A stretch of DNA of 64,000 nt, taken from contig CAYJQY010000006.1 of assembly GCA_964372905.1 (NCBI GenBank), positions 113-64,112 on the forward strand, in the 5' to 3' direction. Position numbers and translations under genes: made by a program. Below are positions 28,046 to 37,882 of the stretch, in pieces. This DNA is from an uncultured Candidatus Saccharibacteria bacterium. Lineage in GTDB: Bacteria > Patescibacteriota > Doudnabacteria > UBA920. Each line of letters begins with the position of its first letter. Position 1 is the first letter of the stretch. A model generated the notes under the pieces. It did no database searches, was not told the DNA's origin, and saw only the letters and a list, made by a program, of their open reading frames with translations.

Positions 28046-28320
28046 ATATTAAATTCCTTTCAAGGTATTAATAACCTTTTATACAAGTATTTTAGCAGAT
28101 TTTATAAATTTGTATAGATCCCGGCCTAGTGCCAGCTTATTAATTTTAGATCACTTTTATCTTCAAAAGTCCTCTTAAAAATTACCCATTATTTCTTTAT
28201 TGTTTACCCCTTAGCTCATCCAGTTTCTTTTTGGCCTCGCAGGGCGGGTCGATGTGTTGAAGCACGACTTTCTGGCCCGTCGTACCAGCCGTATTTACAA
28301 ACAGCATACCTTATTTAAAG

Positions 28321-29484
28321 TTATTTTTTAATAAACTGCCCTAGCGCCTGCGCGGCTTCTGTGAGTTCAGCCTCGGGAACGCCGAACGACAGGCGGATAT
28401 AACCTTCCTGGCCAAAAGCGCTGCCCGGCACAGTGGCAATATTAGCTTTATCTAACAATTCTTCGCAAAATTTTACGGAGTTAGTTTGGGCAGAGCCTAA
28501 TTGCTTCAAAGCAATAAACAAATAAAGCGCGGACGCTGGAGCATCCACAGTCATTCCCAGGTGAGTTCGACAGGCTGCAATGAGAGCATCGCGGCGCTTT
28601 TGCATAGCCGCCCGCGCCTTGGGAATTATAGCCGCGGCATTATCTACCGCGGCAAGCGCGGCCCATTGGCTGATTGAGGAAGTGCCGCTGGTACTTTGGC
28701 CCTGAAGCATGGCCAATATTTTAATGACCGGCTCCGGGGCAAGTACAAAACCGACCCGCCATCCGGTCATGGCAAAATGCTTGGAGCAGCTTTGGATGAC
28801 TATAGTCCGGTCCCGATACTCGGGGAACGAAGCGCAAGAAACAAATTCCCGGCCATCGTATACCAATCCGCTGTAGACTTCATCTGACATGACCAAGACA
28901 TTATGGCGCTGGGCCAGGTCCAAAATTTGCCTCAAGGCCTCCCGATGATAGAAAACACCCGTGGGGTTGGCGGCATTGTTCAGTATGATCATCTTGGTTT
29001 TCTTGGTAAAAGCGTTTTCCAACTCTGCGGGATCAACCTGCCATTTATCTTCTTCTTTAGTATTAACAATAACAGGACTGCCGCCATAAATGCGGACTAT
29101 ATCAGGGTACGAAGTCCAATAAGGCGCGATGAGAATTACCTCATCGCCCTTTTGGATGAAAGCTTGGCAGAAGGCATAAATACCAAATTTGCCGCCGCAG
29201 GTCACCAAGACTTGTTCAGCAGTATACTGGGTTTGGTACGACTCATTCATCCACTTTGCCATAGATTGCCGCAATTCAGGAATACCGGCAACGGGTGGAT
29301 ACAGCGTCTTACCGGCGCGGACCGCTTCGTCGGCCGCGGCAATAATTAGCTCGTCGGGAGGCAAGATGGCCTCACCGGCGCTAAGGTTGTAAACACGCTC
29401 TCCTGCAGCCTTCTTTTGCAACGCCAGACTATTCATAGCTACGGTAGCCGAAGCGGCAATGATTACTACGGGGTCAAATTTCAT
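28321..29484 (-). CDS. class I/II pyridoxal-phosphate aminotransferase (aromatic/aspartate aminotransferase of the Phe/Tyr branch)
   Basis: The PLP-lysine motif SCSKHFAMTGWRVGF and the NPTG motif are present. It is the last gene of the aro-phe-tyr operon. Confidence 0.85.
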   Translation of the reverse strand: MKFDPVVIIAASATVAMNSLALQKKAAGERVYNLSAGEAILPPDELIIAAADEAVRAGKTLYPPVAGIPELRQSMAKWMNESYQTQYTAEQVLVTCGGKFGIYAFCQAFIQKGDEVILIAPYWTSYPDIVRIYGGSPVIVNTKEEDKWQVDPAELENAFTKKTKMIILNNAANPTGVFYHREALRQILDLAQRHNVLVMSDEVYSGLVYDGREFVSCASFPEYRDRTIVIQSCSKHFAMTGWRVGFVLAPEPVIKILAMLQGQSTSGTSSISQWAALAAVDNAAAIIPKARAAMQKRRDALIAACRTHLGMTVDAPASALYLFIALKQLGSAQTNSVKFCEELLDKANIATVPGSAFGQEGYIRLSFGVPEAELTEAAQALGQFIKK

Positions 29485-29750
29485 AAGCGTTTCTGTGCTT
29501 TTTTGGCATCGTCAATAATCAGGCCAAAGATATTTTTCACACTGCGGGGGTCAAGACCCAATTGCAAGGCCCAGCGCTGGTGCAGCATTTTAAGTTCTTG
29601 TTCGCGCCGGACATCGGTAACCGGTAATTTTTGATCGCGCTTCAAGGAGCCCAGACGTTGGGCCAGCCTGGCACGCTCCGCTAATTTCTTTATGATTACC
29701 CAATCAAGCTGCGCGATTTTTTCCCTTAGGTTGGGAATTTTGCTGTTCAT
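29481..29750 (-). CDS. chorismate mutase (AroQ class, monofunctional)
   Basis: 89-aa helical protein with LR..ID.ID..I..LL..R and the arrangement of conserved Arg/Lys/Glu residues typical of AroQ. Confidence 0.75.
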   Translation of the reverse strand: MNSKIPNLREKIAQLDWVIIKKLAERARLAQRLGSLKRDQKLPVTDVRREQELKMLHQRWALQLGLDPRSVKNIFGLIIDDAKKAQKRL

Positions 29751-30481
29751 ACTAATTCCCTCTCAATTTCCTGCAGGCGCCTTAAAAGCTTCTGTCGCAC
29801 TTCTTGAGTATAAGGATTATAGCGCTGCATGTCTAAAAACAGCTGCCAAGTATCATTAGTAACCATGCTCTCCATGTTCAGCAAAGATTCATAATCCGGG
29901 GTGGCAATAATTTGCTTCTGCAAATGCAAGCCTTCCAAGCCTCTACCGATAAAATGTACCAGGGCCTGGGAACGAGCCATCTGGCGATCATGGTCATCCG
30001 GGGTGGCATGGATTATTTCCAATGATAAGCCACGCAGCAAGGATTCAAATTGATTAAGCTGTCTGGCGGAAACCTGCAGCGGTGATACCACGATTTTCTT
30101 GCCTGCGAGACTGCCCTGCTTCACGGAATCTGGTCCAAAAAGCGGATGCGTAGCAATAAGCGGCTGGCTGGCCGGAAAGACAGATTGCATAATCTTAGCC
30201 GGGTAGGCCTTAACCGAGCAGGCATCGATGACTATTGTTTCTAGCGGGACCAAAGGGGAAACAGCTTGGCAACAATCAGCAAATTCCGAAATGGGTACCA
30301 ACAAAAATAGCATGTCGGTTTGCGTAACTCGTTCCAGCGACACCTTGGTTACATTTTTTTGATTCGATAAAACAGCTTGTCGGTCATGCACTAACACCCG
30401 GCCAAACGGGGCCAACGACTTGGCCCAAAGCTGGCCGAAGCGACCATAGCCGATAATGCCGAAAGTAAACTCTGAATTCAT
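29747..30481 (-). CDS. tyrA: prephenate/arogenate dehydrogenase (no ACT domain)
   Basis: An N-terminal Rossmann motif GIIGYGRFG is followed by the TyrA catalytic region HPLFGP. Confidence 0.8.
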   Translation of the reverse strand: MNSEFTFGIIGYGRFGQLWAKSLAPFGRVLVHDRQAVLSNQKNVTKVSLERVTQTDMLFLLVPISEFADCCQAVSPLVPLETIVIDACSVKAYPAKIMQSVFPASQPLIATHPLFGPDSVKQGSLAGKKIVVSPLQVSARQLNQFESLLRGLSLEIIHATPDDHDRQMARSQALVHFIGRGLEGLHLQKQIIATPDYESLLNMESMVTNDTWQLFLDMQRYNPYTQEVRQKLLRRLQEIERELV

Positions 30482-31056
30482 TATTTTTTCTTAACGATAA
30501 TAAAGGTTGTAATGTTTGGATGCATATCCTGAATGTCTTCTTTGAGCACAGCCAATCCATAAAGTTTGGCGCTGCGCATGGGCGCAATGACGGCAGTGGT
30601 TTCAGACAAGGTATGGCGGGCTAAATCGTGGGCAGCTTTGGCTGTATCATCCCATTCAACTAAAGGTATGCCTGGAAATTCTGTTGTCAGATAGCGCTGG
30701 CATTGGATTAGGGCTTGACCGTGGGAAACCACTTGAGTTATGGCCGAAGCGCTGGTACCCGGCAACACTAACAAACACTGCCTGACCTCCATGGGTAACT
30801 GATCAAGCAAAGTAAAGACATGTTTGCCCATAGCGGTAAAAGCCGGGAGCACAAGTCCGCCTTGCGAATTAACCACGGGAAAAATTCCCAGATTGGCTTC
30901 CCCGGAATCAAGCCTGCTGAATACGCCCTCCATATCAGTGGCATAGATAATGTGAGATTCTACTCCCTGTTGCTCGGAATAGAGCATGCCAGCCTGTTCA
31001 GAGAACGACCCAGCATCACCAGCTACAGCCAATTGGATTGTGGATTGATCAGCCAT
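30481..31056 (-). CDS. pheA: prephenate dehydratase catalytic domain only (no ACT domain)
   Basis: PDT-domain motifs are present in a protein of only 191 aa: VNSQGG (ENS-like) and NITTF (TRF-like). Confidence 0.75.
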   Translation of the reverse strand: MADQSTIQLAVAGDAGSFSEQAGMLYSEQQGVESHIIYATDMEGVFSRLDSGEANLGIFPVVNSQGGLVLPAFTAMGKHVFTLLDQLPMEVRQCLLVLPGTSASAITQVVSHGQALIQCQRYLTTEFPGIPLVEWDDTAKAAHDLARHTLSETTAVIAPMRSAKLYGLAVLKEDIQDMHPNITTFIIVKKK

Positions 31057-32134
31057 TTTGCGCTTTATGTCGGAGATAATGATCCATAATCACTAGGGCG
31101 GACATAGCATCAACAATGGGCACGGCGCGGGGCAAAACGCATGGGTCATGGCGACCCGCAGCCTGCATTGTTACGGCTTCGCGCTTATGATTAACTGTGC
31201 CTTGCTGCTTCGATATTGTTGCCACGGGTTTGAATGCCACCCGGAAATAAATAGTTTCGCCGTTAGAAATTCCTCCCAAAGTCCCGCCGGCATAATTGGT
31301 TGCCGTGCGCACCCGCCCGGAATCATCAACATAAAAAGAATCATTATGCTGACTCCCGCGCAGCTTCACTCCAGCAAACCCTGAACCGATTTCAAAACCT
31401 TTGACCGCATTGATGCTCAACATCGCTTTGCCTAAATCAGCGGGTAACTTATCGAAGACCGGTTCTCCCAGCCCGGCCGGAACATTGCGGATAACTCCTT
31501 TAATCACCCCGCCAATAGAATCTCCTTCATTCTTCACTTTCTCAATGAGGCTGATCATTTGCTCGGCCACGGCCGGATCAGGACAGCGAACAATATTTTT
31601 GTCGATATCTTCCCTGGTTACCCCTTCCATATCTAGCGAGGCTGTAATATCCCCAACCTGTTCGACGTAGCTAAAAATTATAACGCCAAGCTTTTCCCGC
31701 AAGAATTTTTTCGCCACTGCACCCGCGGCCACCCGGGCTAGCGTCTCGCGCGCTGAAGCGCGGCCGCTCCCCCGCCAGTCCCGGATGCCATACTTGGCTT
31801 CATAGGTAAAATCGGCGTGGGAGGGACGGTAGAGATTTCTCAATGCGGCGTAATCTTCCAGCCGCGCATCTTTATTGTAGGCCAGCAGTAAAATCGGCGT
31901 GCCGGTAGTTGCGCCATCACTGACGCCGGATAAGATATGGATAGTATCTGCTTCCTTGCGGGGCGTGGTAATAGCACTCTGGCCCGGCTTTCTCCGGTCC
32001 AAGTCGGCTTGAATATCGGCCTCCGACAATTCCAAACCAGGCGGGCAGCCGTCGATAATAACCCCTACGGCGCCGCCGTGCGATTCCCCGCAAGTCGTGA
32101 TCCGAAAAAGTTGTCCAAATGAATTTCCCGGCAT
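31049..32134 (-). CDS. aroC: chorismate synthase
   Basis: [28 protein letters not shown] at the N-terminus and a later [14 protein letters not shown] region. Confidence 0.92.
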   Translation of the reverse strand: MPGNSFGQLFRITTCGESHGGAVGVIIDGCPPGLELSEADIQADLDRRKPGQSAITTPRKEADTIHILSGVSDGATTGTPILLLAYNKDARLEDYAALRNLYRPSHADFTYEAKYGIRDWRGSGRASARETLARVAAGAVAKKFLREKLGVIIFSYVEQVGDITASLDMEGVTREDIDKNIVRCPDPAVAEQMISLIEKVKNEGDSIGGVIKGVIRNVPAGLGEPVFDKLPADLGKAMLSINAVKGFEIGSGFAGVKLRGSQHNDSFYVDDSGRVRTATNYAGGTLGGISNGETIYFRVAFKPVATISKQQGTVNHKREAVTMQAAGRHDPCVLPRAVPIVDAMSALVIMDHYLRHKAQNG

Positions 32135-32145
32135 GTCAGTGATAT

Positions 32146-33261
32146 TTAATAGAAATATTTTAATGCCCGCGCAATTACGCTGTCGGGCACTTTATGGGCC
32201 CACGAACTTTTATTTTGATGGGCTTGCCCCGGCTTATCTAACAAGATATACCTGACCTGGCCTTTGAGAGTCTTTTTATCGTGGCAGGTGGCATTGATAA
32301 TAGCGGCCGCTGAATATTTACGGATAATTTTTGAATCAATGCCTAAACTTGCGACTAAGCTTTCAATATTTTTATAATCTGCCGGCTTCAATAAACCCAT
32401 CTCGAAGGACATCCGCGATTCAACCAAGATGCCCAGCCCCGTGGCGTAACCATGCGCCAAACTGTAGTTACTAAGACGTTCCAGCGCATGGCCAATGGTA
32501 TGGCCGAAATTTAATAACGCGCGCGGGCCTGCCTCACGCTCATCCTTGCTAATAACAGACGCTTTAATGCTCACGGCCCGCTTAATAATCCGCTTTAATA
32601 TACGTTGGCTCTTATGTTCGTGCCGGATAGATTGAGCTATCAGATCTAGCGCCTTCGGTTGATGGGTTAAGAACATCTTGAGCGCTTCGACCAAGCCGTT
32701 TATTATTTGGCCGCGGGGCAGGGTTTTGAGATAGTCCGTAACGATATATACGGCGCGCGGCTGCCAAAACGCGCCAATCATATTTTTGCCGTACGGGGTA
32801 TCAATCCCGGTCTTGCCGCCAATGGAGCTATCCAGCATACCCAGCAGAGTAGTCGGAACTTGCACATAGGGAATGCCCCGCATATAAGTAGCGGCGACAA
32901 ATCCGGCCATGTCCCCCACCACCCCTCCTCCCAATGCGATAATGGCAGTATCGCGCCCATGGCGGGCGCGAAGCAGCTCGGCATCCATGCGCGTTTTCAC
33001 GGTTTGATTCTTAGACTGTTCTCCCCCAGGAAAGGCGATGAGCGAGACGGCCAAGCCGCTTTTGCGCAGTAGCTTAATTAAAGCTTGGCCGTGCAATTTT
33101 TTAATTGTTAAGTCGGTAATAATTACGTAGCGGCCTACAGGCAGGCGCAAGGCCTTAATCTTGCCCGCCAAGCTTTTATCATTCCCGAGCAGGGCAATAT
33201 CGTATGAGGAAGGTGTTATCCTGTGCAGCCGCACGCGCACCTTATCAGTTTTTGAGCTCAT
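32146..33261 (-). CDS. aroB: 3-dehydroquinate synthase
   Basis: [30 protein letters not shown] together with metal-binding His residues. Confidence 0.9.
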   Translation of the reverse strand: MSSKTDKVRVRLHRITPSSYDIALLGNDKSLAGKIKALRLPVGRYVIITDLTIKKLHGQALIKLLRKSGLAVSLIAFPGGEQSKNQTVKTRMDAELLRARHGRDTAIIALGGGVVGDMAGFVAATYMRGIPYVQVPTTLLGMLDSSIGGKTGIDTPYGKNMIGAFWQPRAVYIVTDYLKTLPRGQIINGLVEALKMFLTHQPKALDLIAQSIRHEHKSQRILKRIIKRAVSIKASVISKDEREAGPRALLNFGHTIGHALERLSNYSLAHGYATGLGILVESRMSFEMGLLKPADYKNIESLVASLGIDSKIIRKYSAAAIINATCHDKKTLKGQVRYILLDKPGQAHQNKSSWAHKVPDSVIARALKYFY

Positions 33262-34288
33262 GAAATACTTCTTTAATAATCAATTCGGTATCTTCCCAGC
33301 TTAAACAAGGATCAGTAATCGATAGGCCGCCGCGGTCAATTGTTTCAGAGCTCAACTCGTCAACCTTCTGATTACCTTCTTTAATAAAGCTCTCGAGCAT
33401 CAAACCTTTGACCAACCGTTTCAGATCAGGACGCTCGCGGAGCATGGCCATCACCTCGCGGACTACAGTAACTTGCCCCCGATGGTCCTTTTGGCCGTTG
33501 ACCAAGCAATTATCGTGGCTGGCGTCAATGATAATCGCGGGGTTTTTAATTACATTGTCTTCAAACAAAGCTTGAGCTTGGAGCAGGTGCTTGAGGCCGT
33601 AGTTTGGGCCGTCGGCGCCGCCGCGCAAAATCAGGTGGGCAAAGAGGTTGCCGGTGGTTTGAACTTGGAATCCATTAAATACCGCGGTGTGGGGATGTTG
33701 CGCGGCGACAATACCGTTGACCGCGGCTTGAATCGAACCGCTGGTGGAATTTTTCATTCCCGTAGGGTACCCGACAGCCGAAGCAAAAATGCGATGCTCC
33801 TGATCCTCGACACTGCGCGCGCCGATGCTCAACCATGATAACAACTCAATAAAACCTTTGGCGTTATGAGTAAATACCGCATCATCGGCAATCGGCAGGC
33901 CCATGTCAATGATTTTTATCATGAGGCTGCGGCAATATTTGATGCCTTCTGTTATGTCAGGTTCCTGGTATGGGTCAACCTGATTAATAGGGCCGGTCCA
34001 GCCTTTGGCAGTGCGGGGTTTTTGGATATAGACCCGCATGACCAGTTTGAGCCGATCTTTAACCTGCTCATCCAAAACCTTAAGGCGCTTAGCATACTCC
34101 AACACGGCATCATACGGCCAGGCCGAGCACGGCCCGACAATGCACATCAGGCGGTCGTCTTGGCCGGTAAGAATATCCTCGATTTCTTGGCGGTCATGGG
34201 CAATGCGCTCATGTCCCTGCTCCGACAAGGGAAAGGCTTGAATGATTTCTTCCGGAGAAGGAATTTTTTTAATTACCGTGTAGTTCAT
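33245..34288 (-). CDS. 3-deoxy-7-phosphoheptulonate (DAHP) synthase, class I
   Basis: IVGPCS motif, KPRT and the (beta/alpha)8 pattern typical of AroG/F/H-type DAHPS; 347 aa. Confidence 0.85.
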   Translation of the reverse strand: MNYTVIKKIPSPEEIIQAFPLSEQGHERIAHDRQEIEDILTGQDDRLMCIVGPCSAWPYDAVLEYAKRLKVLDEQVKDRLKLVMRVYIQKPRTAKGWTGPINQVDPYQEPDITEGIKYCRSLMIKIIDMGLPIADDAVFTHNAKGFIELLSWLSIGARSVEDQEHRIFASAVGYPTGMKNSTSGSIQAAVNGIVAAQHPHTAVFNGFQVQTTGNLFAHLILRGGADGPNYGLKHLLQAQALFEDNVIKNPAIIIDASHDNCLVNGQKDHRGQVTVVREVMAMLRERPDLKRLVKGLMLESFIKEGNQKVDELSSETIDRGGLSITDPCLSWEDTELIIKEVFHELKN

Positions 34289-35105
34289 ACTGCTTATTCT
34301 GAATTTTAGTTAATAAATAATCCTCGGCTTGCTTAAAGGACATGGTTTGGCCGGACAATAAACGGACCTGTTCGAGGGCTTGGGCAATAAACATAGTTAG
34401 GCCGGAAATTATTGAGGCGCGCTGCTGTCTTGCCGAACGCAGTAATATCGTCTCAAGAGGGTTGTAGACGATGTCAAAGACGGTCTGGTCGGAATTAAAG
34501 ATAAAGTCGGGCAGCGGAGTGGCTTGGTGCCGGGGATACATGCCGATAGGTGTTGTATTAACAACGAGATCAAAAGTTGTAGTTGATAAGGCGGCCGTAT
34601 CTATAACAGTACCGCCAAACTTATCAGCCAGAACCTGGGCTTTGTCAGCGGTGCGGTTAAGATAAAAAATGTTAGCGTCTTTTTCGCGTAGGAAATAAGC
34701 GACCGCACGGGCTGCCCCGCCCGCACCCACCACCAAAACATTTTTTTTTCCCAACGATACACTCCGCAGTGCGTAGCTGACCCCCACAACATCGGTATTG
34801 TAGCCATACAACCTGCCTTGCCGGTTGATTACAGTATTAACCGCACCAACAGCCTTTGCTACCTCATCTACTTCATCGACTAATGCCGAAACTGTTTCCT
34901 TGTGGGGAATCGTCACTGCAGTCAGTGGTACTCCCAAGCTTCTTGCGGCCGAGACTACTCCTTCGACCTGCGGATGCGGAAACGCCAACATCACGGCATC
35001 AAGACCAAGCTTGCGATAAATATAATTATGGAGCAGCGGGCTCAACGAGTGGGTCAAGGGATGGCCAACGACCATATGAAGTTTTGTAATTGCTGAAATA
35101 TCCAT
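34269..35105 (-). CDS. aroE: shikimate dehydrogenase
   Basis: VVGHPLTHSLSPLLHN N-terminal motif and an NADP-binding GAGGAARAV region. Confidence 0.88.
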   Translation of the reverse strand: MDISAITKLHMVVGHPLTHSLSPLLHNYIYRKLGLDAVMLAFPHPQVEGVVSAARSLGVPLTAVTIPHKETVSALVDEVDEVAKAVGAVNTVINRQGRLYGYNTDVVGVSYALRSVSLGKKNVLVVGAGGAARAVAYFLREKDANIFYLNRTADKAQVLADKFGGTVIDTAALSTTTFDLVVNTTPIGMYPRHQATPLPDFIFNSDQTVFDIVYNPLETILLRSARQQRASIISGLTMFIAQALEQVRLLSGQTMSFKQAEDYLLTKIQNKQYELHGN

Positions 35106-35106
35106 A

Positions 35107-35556
35107 CTAGGTTTGAGAAGAGAAATGTTGGTGGAGCCTTAAAACGGCTCGGACGTATCCACGCTCTTTTTGGCCGCTAATTTGCTCCAGACAGGCCGCG
35201 GCAGTGACCGACACTTGCCGCCACGGCTCCCGGGCATTAATATCGGACAGATGAACTTCAATACAGGGCAACCGGGAATCGAGCAAACAATCATGCAAAG
35301 AGTAGCTGTACTGGGTGAGAGCGCCAGGATTAATAATGATCCCTTGGGCTTGGCCAGAGGCGTCTTGAATGAAATCAATTAAGGCGCCTTCGTGGTTAGA
35401 CTGATAGGTCATAACAGTATGTCCCAACTTTTCAGCTTCGCGGGTAACCAGCTGTTCAATATCGGCCAGAGTCAACGAACCGTAATGAGCAGTGTCTCTG
35501 GTTCCCAGCTTGTTTAGATTTGGACCATGGATTAAGAGTAACTTAGCCATAAGCAA
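35107..35556 (-). CDS. aroQ: 3-dehydroquinate dehydratase, type II
   Basis: LLLIHGPNLNKLGTRD..YG and a later HLSDI..REPWR region; 149 aa. Confidence 0.88.
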   Translation of the reverse strand: MLMAKLLLIHGPNLNKLGTRDTAHYGSLTLADIEQLVTREAEKLGHTVMTYQSNHEGALIDFIQDASGQAQGIIINPGALTQYSYSLHDCLLDSRLPCIEVHLSDINAREPWRQVSVTAAACLEQISGQKERGYVRAVLRLHQHFSSQT

Positions 35557-36081
35557 TTATGTCATTAATAAACTCTGTAGGGTGCTGACAGTCTGGTCCA
35601 ATGATTTGCTGTTATCAATCGTTAGGTGGGACAATTTACGGTAAATCGCATCGCGTTCGATCCATAAATCATTGAAGGCCAGATAAGAATTTTTTTCCAG
35701 CGGGAAGAAGGCCGGCCGGCCGTTGACCATAATGCGCTCGTAAACTTTGCTTTTATCCGCAGTCACATGAACAATAATGTGTCCCCGCATCAATTGCAGA
35801 TTTTCCGGTTTTAACGGGGTTCCTCCGCCGAGCGAAATAACCATGGAAGAATCAGCGGCCAGGACGGACTCGAGCGCTTGGTGTTCCAAAGCACGAAAAT
35901 ATTCTGTTCCGTGCTGCCTCATAATTTCCCGGCAGGAAGAATTATTTCCCGTCATCTGCCCATAGCGCTGTTCAATAGCCTCGTCCAAATCACAGTATGA
36001 TTGGGAGGACATTTCAGCTAATTGCTTGCCGATTGCTGACTTACCGACGTGTTTAAAACCAATTAAGAGTATGTGTTGCAT
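35557..36081 (-). CDS. aroK: shikimate kinase
   Basis: A P-loop ILLIGFKHVGKSAIG is followed by DLD and the shikimate-binding region. Confidence 0.85.
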   Translation of the reverse strand: MQHILLIGFKHVGKSAIGKQLAEMSSQSYCDLDEAIEQRYGQMTGNNSSCREIMRQHGTEYFRALEHQALESVLAADSSMVISLGGGTPLKPENLQLMRGHIIVHVTADKSKVYERIMVNGRPAFFPLEKNSYLAFNDLWIERDAIYRKLSHLTIDNSKSLDQTVSTLQSLLMT

Positions 36082-36090
36082 ATAATTTGT

Positions 36091-37389
36091 TTATTGCTTA
36101 AGGCTGACCCGAGCTCCTAATTGGGCCATGATAGCCGGAAATGTGGGAAATGTCTTATCAACTGCTTCGGCCGTATCTATGCTAGTCTGTCCGCTGGCCA
36201 GCAGGCCGGCCAGAGTTAATGCCATGATGGTGCGATGATCATTGTGGCCATGCACGGCCGTGCCACGAAGTCTGCTATGGGAAACGGTTAAACGATCAGT
36301 ATCCCCATTAATCTTGGCGCCCAGCGCAGACAAGCCTTGCTCCATGCTCTGAATACGGTCAGTTTCTTTGCTCCGCACATGGGCAATATTTACCAATTCA
36401 GTTGCGCCTTCGGCATAAGTGCCAATGACCGCCAGCGTCGGAACCAGATCAGGAATGTCGCTGCAGTCAATTCGCCGACCTTGCAGCGGCGCTCCCCCAT
36501 TGATTACCAATTCATCTTCATTAACTTGAATATCGACGCCCATATCCCGCAAAATTGGAATTAAGCGTTTGTCGCCCTGACTGTCATTCATGTCCAGGCC
36601 GCGCACGGTAACTGATCCGGGAACCATGACCGCGGCAGCGATGATATATGATGCAGAGGAAAAATCGCCAGGAATTGATTTGCTGAAACTGCGATAGCGC
36701 TGTCCTCCGGTAATCTCAAAGACATCTTTCCCCTGCTCTCGGTTCTGTTTATACTGAACACCCAAATCATCCAAATAACGGCAAGTCATTTCCACATACG
36801 GTCGCTCCTGAAGATTCTGCACGATAATTTTTGAATCCTGGAGCGCAAGCGGCAAAGACAACAACAACGCGGAAAGATATTGGGAATTAGAGCCGTCAAC
36901 CGTTGTTTCACCGCCCTTGAGCGCGCCGCGCACCGAAACCGGCAGCGTACCCGAACCGTTGATAGATTCAATTTCCATACCCAAATCAGCGAGCGACTTA
37001 AGCAGCGGCTCAACAGGCCTTTGACGCATTTGTTCGTCGCAATCTAAAATAACGACTTTTTCGTTGTTCTTCCGCAAGCCCAGCATCGGCAGCAAAAAAT
37101 TCGTCGTAATGCCGGAATTACCCGTCGCCACCCGGTCCGCTGTCGGTGACAGAGGCACGCCGCTGCTTTCAACCATAATATTTTTATCGTCAGAAAAAGA
37201 AATACGCGCCCCAAGCGCCTGGCAGGCGGCAATGGCGGAGCGCGTATCTTCACAATCCAAGGCGTTACTAATGCGCGATGTTCCGACGGCGAGAGTCGCC
37301 AAAATCAGCGCGCGGATAGTATGCGATTTGGATGCGGGAATGGTTGCAATTCCCTCTAACTTTTGAATTTTTTGGCTGATAAGTTTCAT
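36091..37389 (-). CDS. aroA: 3-phosphoshikimate 1-carboxyvinyltransferase (EPSP synthase)
   Basis: 432 aa with an N-terminal IPASKSHTIRALILA motif and the EPSPS two-domain inside-out alpha/beta fold. Confidence 0.92.
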   Translation of the reverse strand: MKLISQKIQKLEGIATIPASKSHTIRALILATLAVGTSRISNALDCEDTRSAIAACQALGARISFSDDKNIMVESSGVPLSPTADRVATGNSGITTNFLLPMLGLRKNNEKVVILDCDEQMRQRPVEPLLKSLADLGMEIESINGSGTLPVSVRGALKGGETTVDGSNSQYLSALLLSLPLALQDSKIIVQNLQERPYVEMTCRYLDDLGVQYKQNREQGKDVFEITGGQRYRSFSKSIPGDFSSASYIIAAAVMVPGSVTVRGLDMNDSQGDKRLIPILRDMGVDIQVNEDELVINGGAPLQGRRIDCSDIPDLVPTLAVIGTYAEGATELVNIAHVRSKETDRIQSMEQGLSALGAKINGDTDRLTVSHSRLRGTAVHGHNDHRTIMALTLAGLLASGQTSIDTAEAVDKTFPTFPAIMAQLGARVSLKQ

Positions 37390-37400
37390 TGGATTATGTA

Positions 37401-37430
37401 AAATAAAAAAGGGCCTCGCTTCCGAGGTCC
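37401..37430 (-). terminator. candidate attenuator terminator upstream of aroA (hairpin + U-tract)
   Basis: Minus strand ggaccucg-gaag-cgaggccc followed by uuuuuuauuuu. A 5-bp GC stem is extended by 2 bp after an A·C mismatch. It lies 12-40 nt upstream of the aroA start codon. Confidence 0.45.
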
Positions 37431-37458
37431 TTACTGTGTATAACTTTAAATCAGAGTT

Positions 37459-37557
37459 CTACATAGCAACAAACACCTCGGCACGCGGGGTAAAGGAGAA
37501 ATACCAGAAATTGCTGATTGTGCGGGCGATTGAACTCATATAACGACAGTATAGCAT
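37459..37557 (-). CDS. candidate aro-operon leader peptide rich in Phe/Trp/Tyr codons
   Basis: The minus-strand ORF ATG CTA TAC TGT CGT TAT ATG AGT TCA ATC GCC CGC ACA ATC AGC AAT TTC TGG TAT TTC TCC TTT ACC CCG CGT GCC GAG GTG TTT GTT GCT ATG TAG encodes MLYCRYMSSIARTISNFWYFSFTPRAEVFVAM, with a second in-frame ATG at 37539. Its stop lies ~30 nt before the hairpin. Confidence 0.4.
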   Translation of the reverse strand: MLYCRYMSSIARTISNFWYFSFTPRAEVFVAM

Positions 37558-37575
37558 AGATAAAATTGCTGTCAA
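37548..37575 (-). promoter_or_regulatory. sigma70-like promoter for the aro operon / leader (TTGACA-16-TATACT)
   Basis: Minus-strand reading TTGACAgcaattttatctatgcTATACT. It shares the aatttTATGCTATAnTGT module seen at 9580 and 59266. Confidence 0.45.
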
Positions 37576-37714
37576 CTTTGATATGTTTGGCACACCCTTT
37601 TGTTTAAATGTGACCTAACGTGGCGAACTGAAATAAAAATACCGCCGCTGAGCTGTGGGGGATAAAAATCTATTTGACAAAATTGTCGGCATAGAATATA
37701 GTTCAGATATTCTT

Positions 37715-37804
37715 ATGTTCAATTCCTCCGAAAAACGCGCTGTTTCCCTGTCCTGGTGGTGGACTCTGCCCTCTCCGCAAAGTCCGCGTTTTTCCCGTGC
37801 ATAA
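37715..37804 (+). CDS. candidate trp leader peptide with three consecutive Trp codons
   Basis: ATG TTC AAT TCC TCC GAA AAA CGC GCT GTT TCC CTG TCC TGG TGG TGG ACT CTG CCC TCT CCG CAA AGT CCG CGT TTT TCC CGT GCA TAA encodes MFNSSEKRAVSLSWWWTLPSPQSPRFSRA. Its stop lies 25 nt before a strong terminator that abuts trpE. Confidence 0.55.
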   Translation: MFNSSEKRAVSLSWWWTLPSPQSPRFSRA

Positions 37805-37829
37805 GCTAGTCGTTTAACACAGCTTTCCA

Positions 37830-37871
37830 CGCCTTCCGGACCGTTGCGGAAGGCGTTTTTTATTTTGCTTT
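37830..37871 (+). terminator. rho-independent terminator (trp attenuator) immediately upstream of trpE
   Basis: A perfect 9-bp stem pairs cgccttccg with cggaaggcg around the loop gaccgttg, followed by ttttttattttgcttt. The trpE ATG lies at 37883. Confidence 0.75.
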
Positions 37872-37882
37872 ATTCTTTCTTT

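Noticed and set aside
27388-28295. A 12-nt direct repeat gccgtatttaca at 27388 and 28284, downstream of tRNA-Arg(TCT), considered as attL/attR of an integrated element.
   Set aside because: Repeats of 11-12 nt are expected by chance hundreds of times in 64 kb. No integrase or phage genes lie between them; there are only two small hypotheticals.
37615-37830. A 71-aa minus-strand ORF spanning the trp leader region and ending ...RRYFYFSSPR.
   Set aside because: It overlaps the much better supported WWW leader and terminator on the opposite strand. The YFYF C-terminus was considered as an aro leader, but it ends ~185 nt from the aroA-proximal hairpin. The 37557..37459 ORF fits attenuator geometry better.
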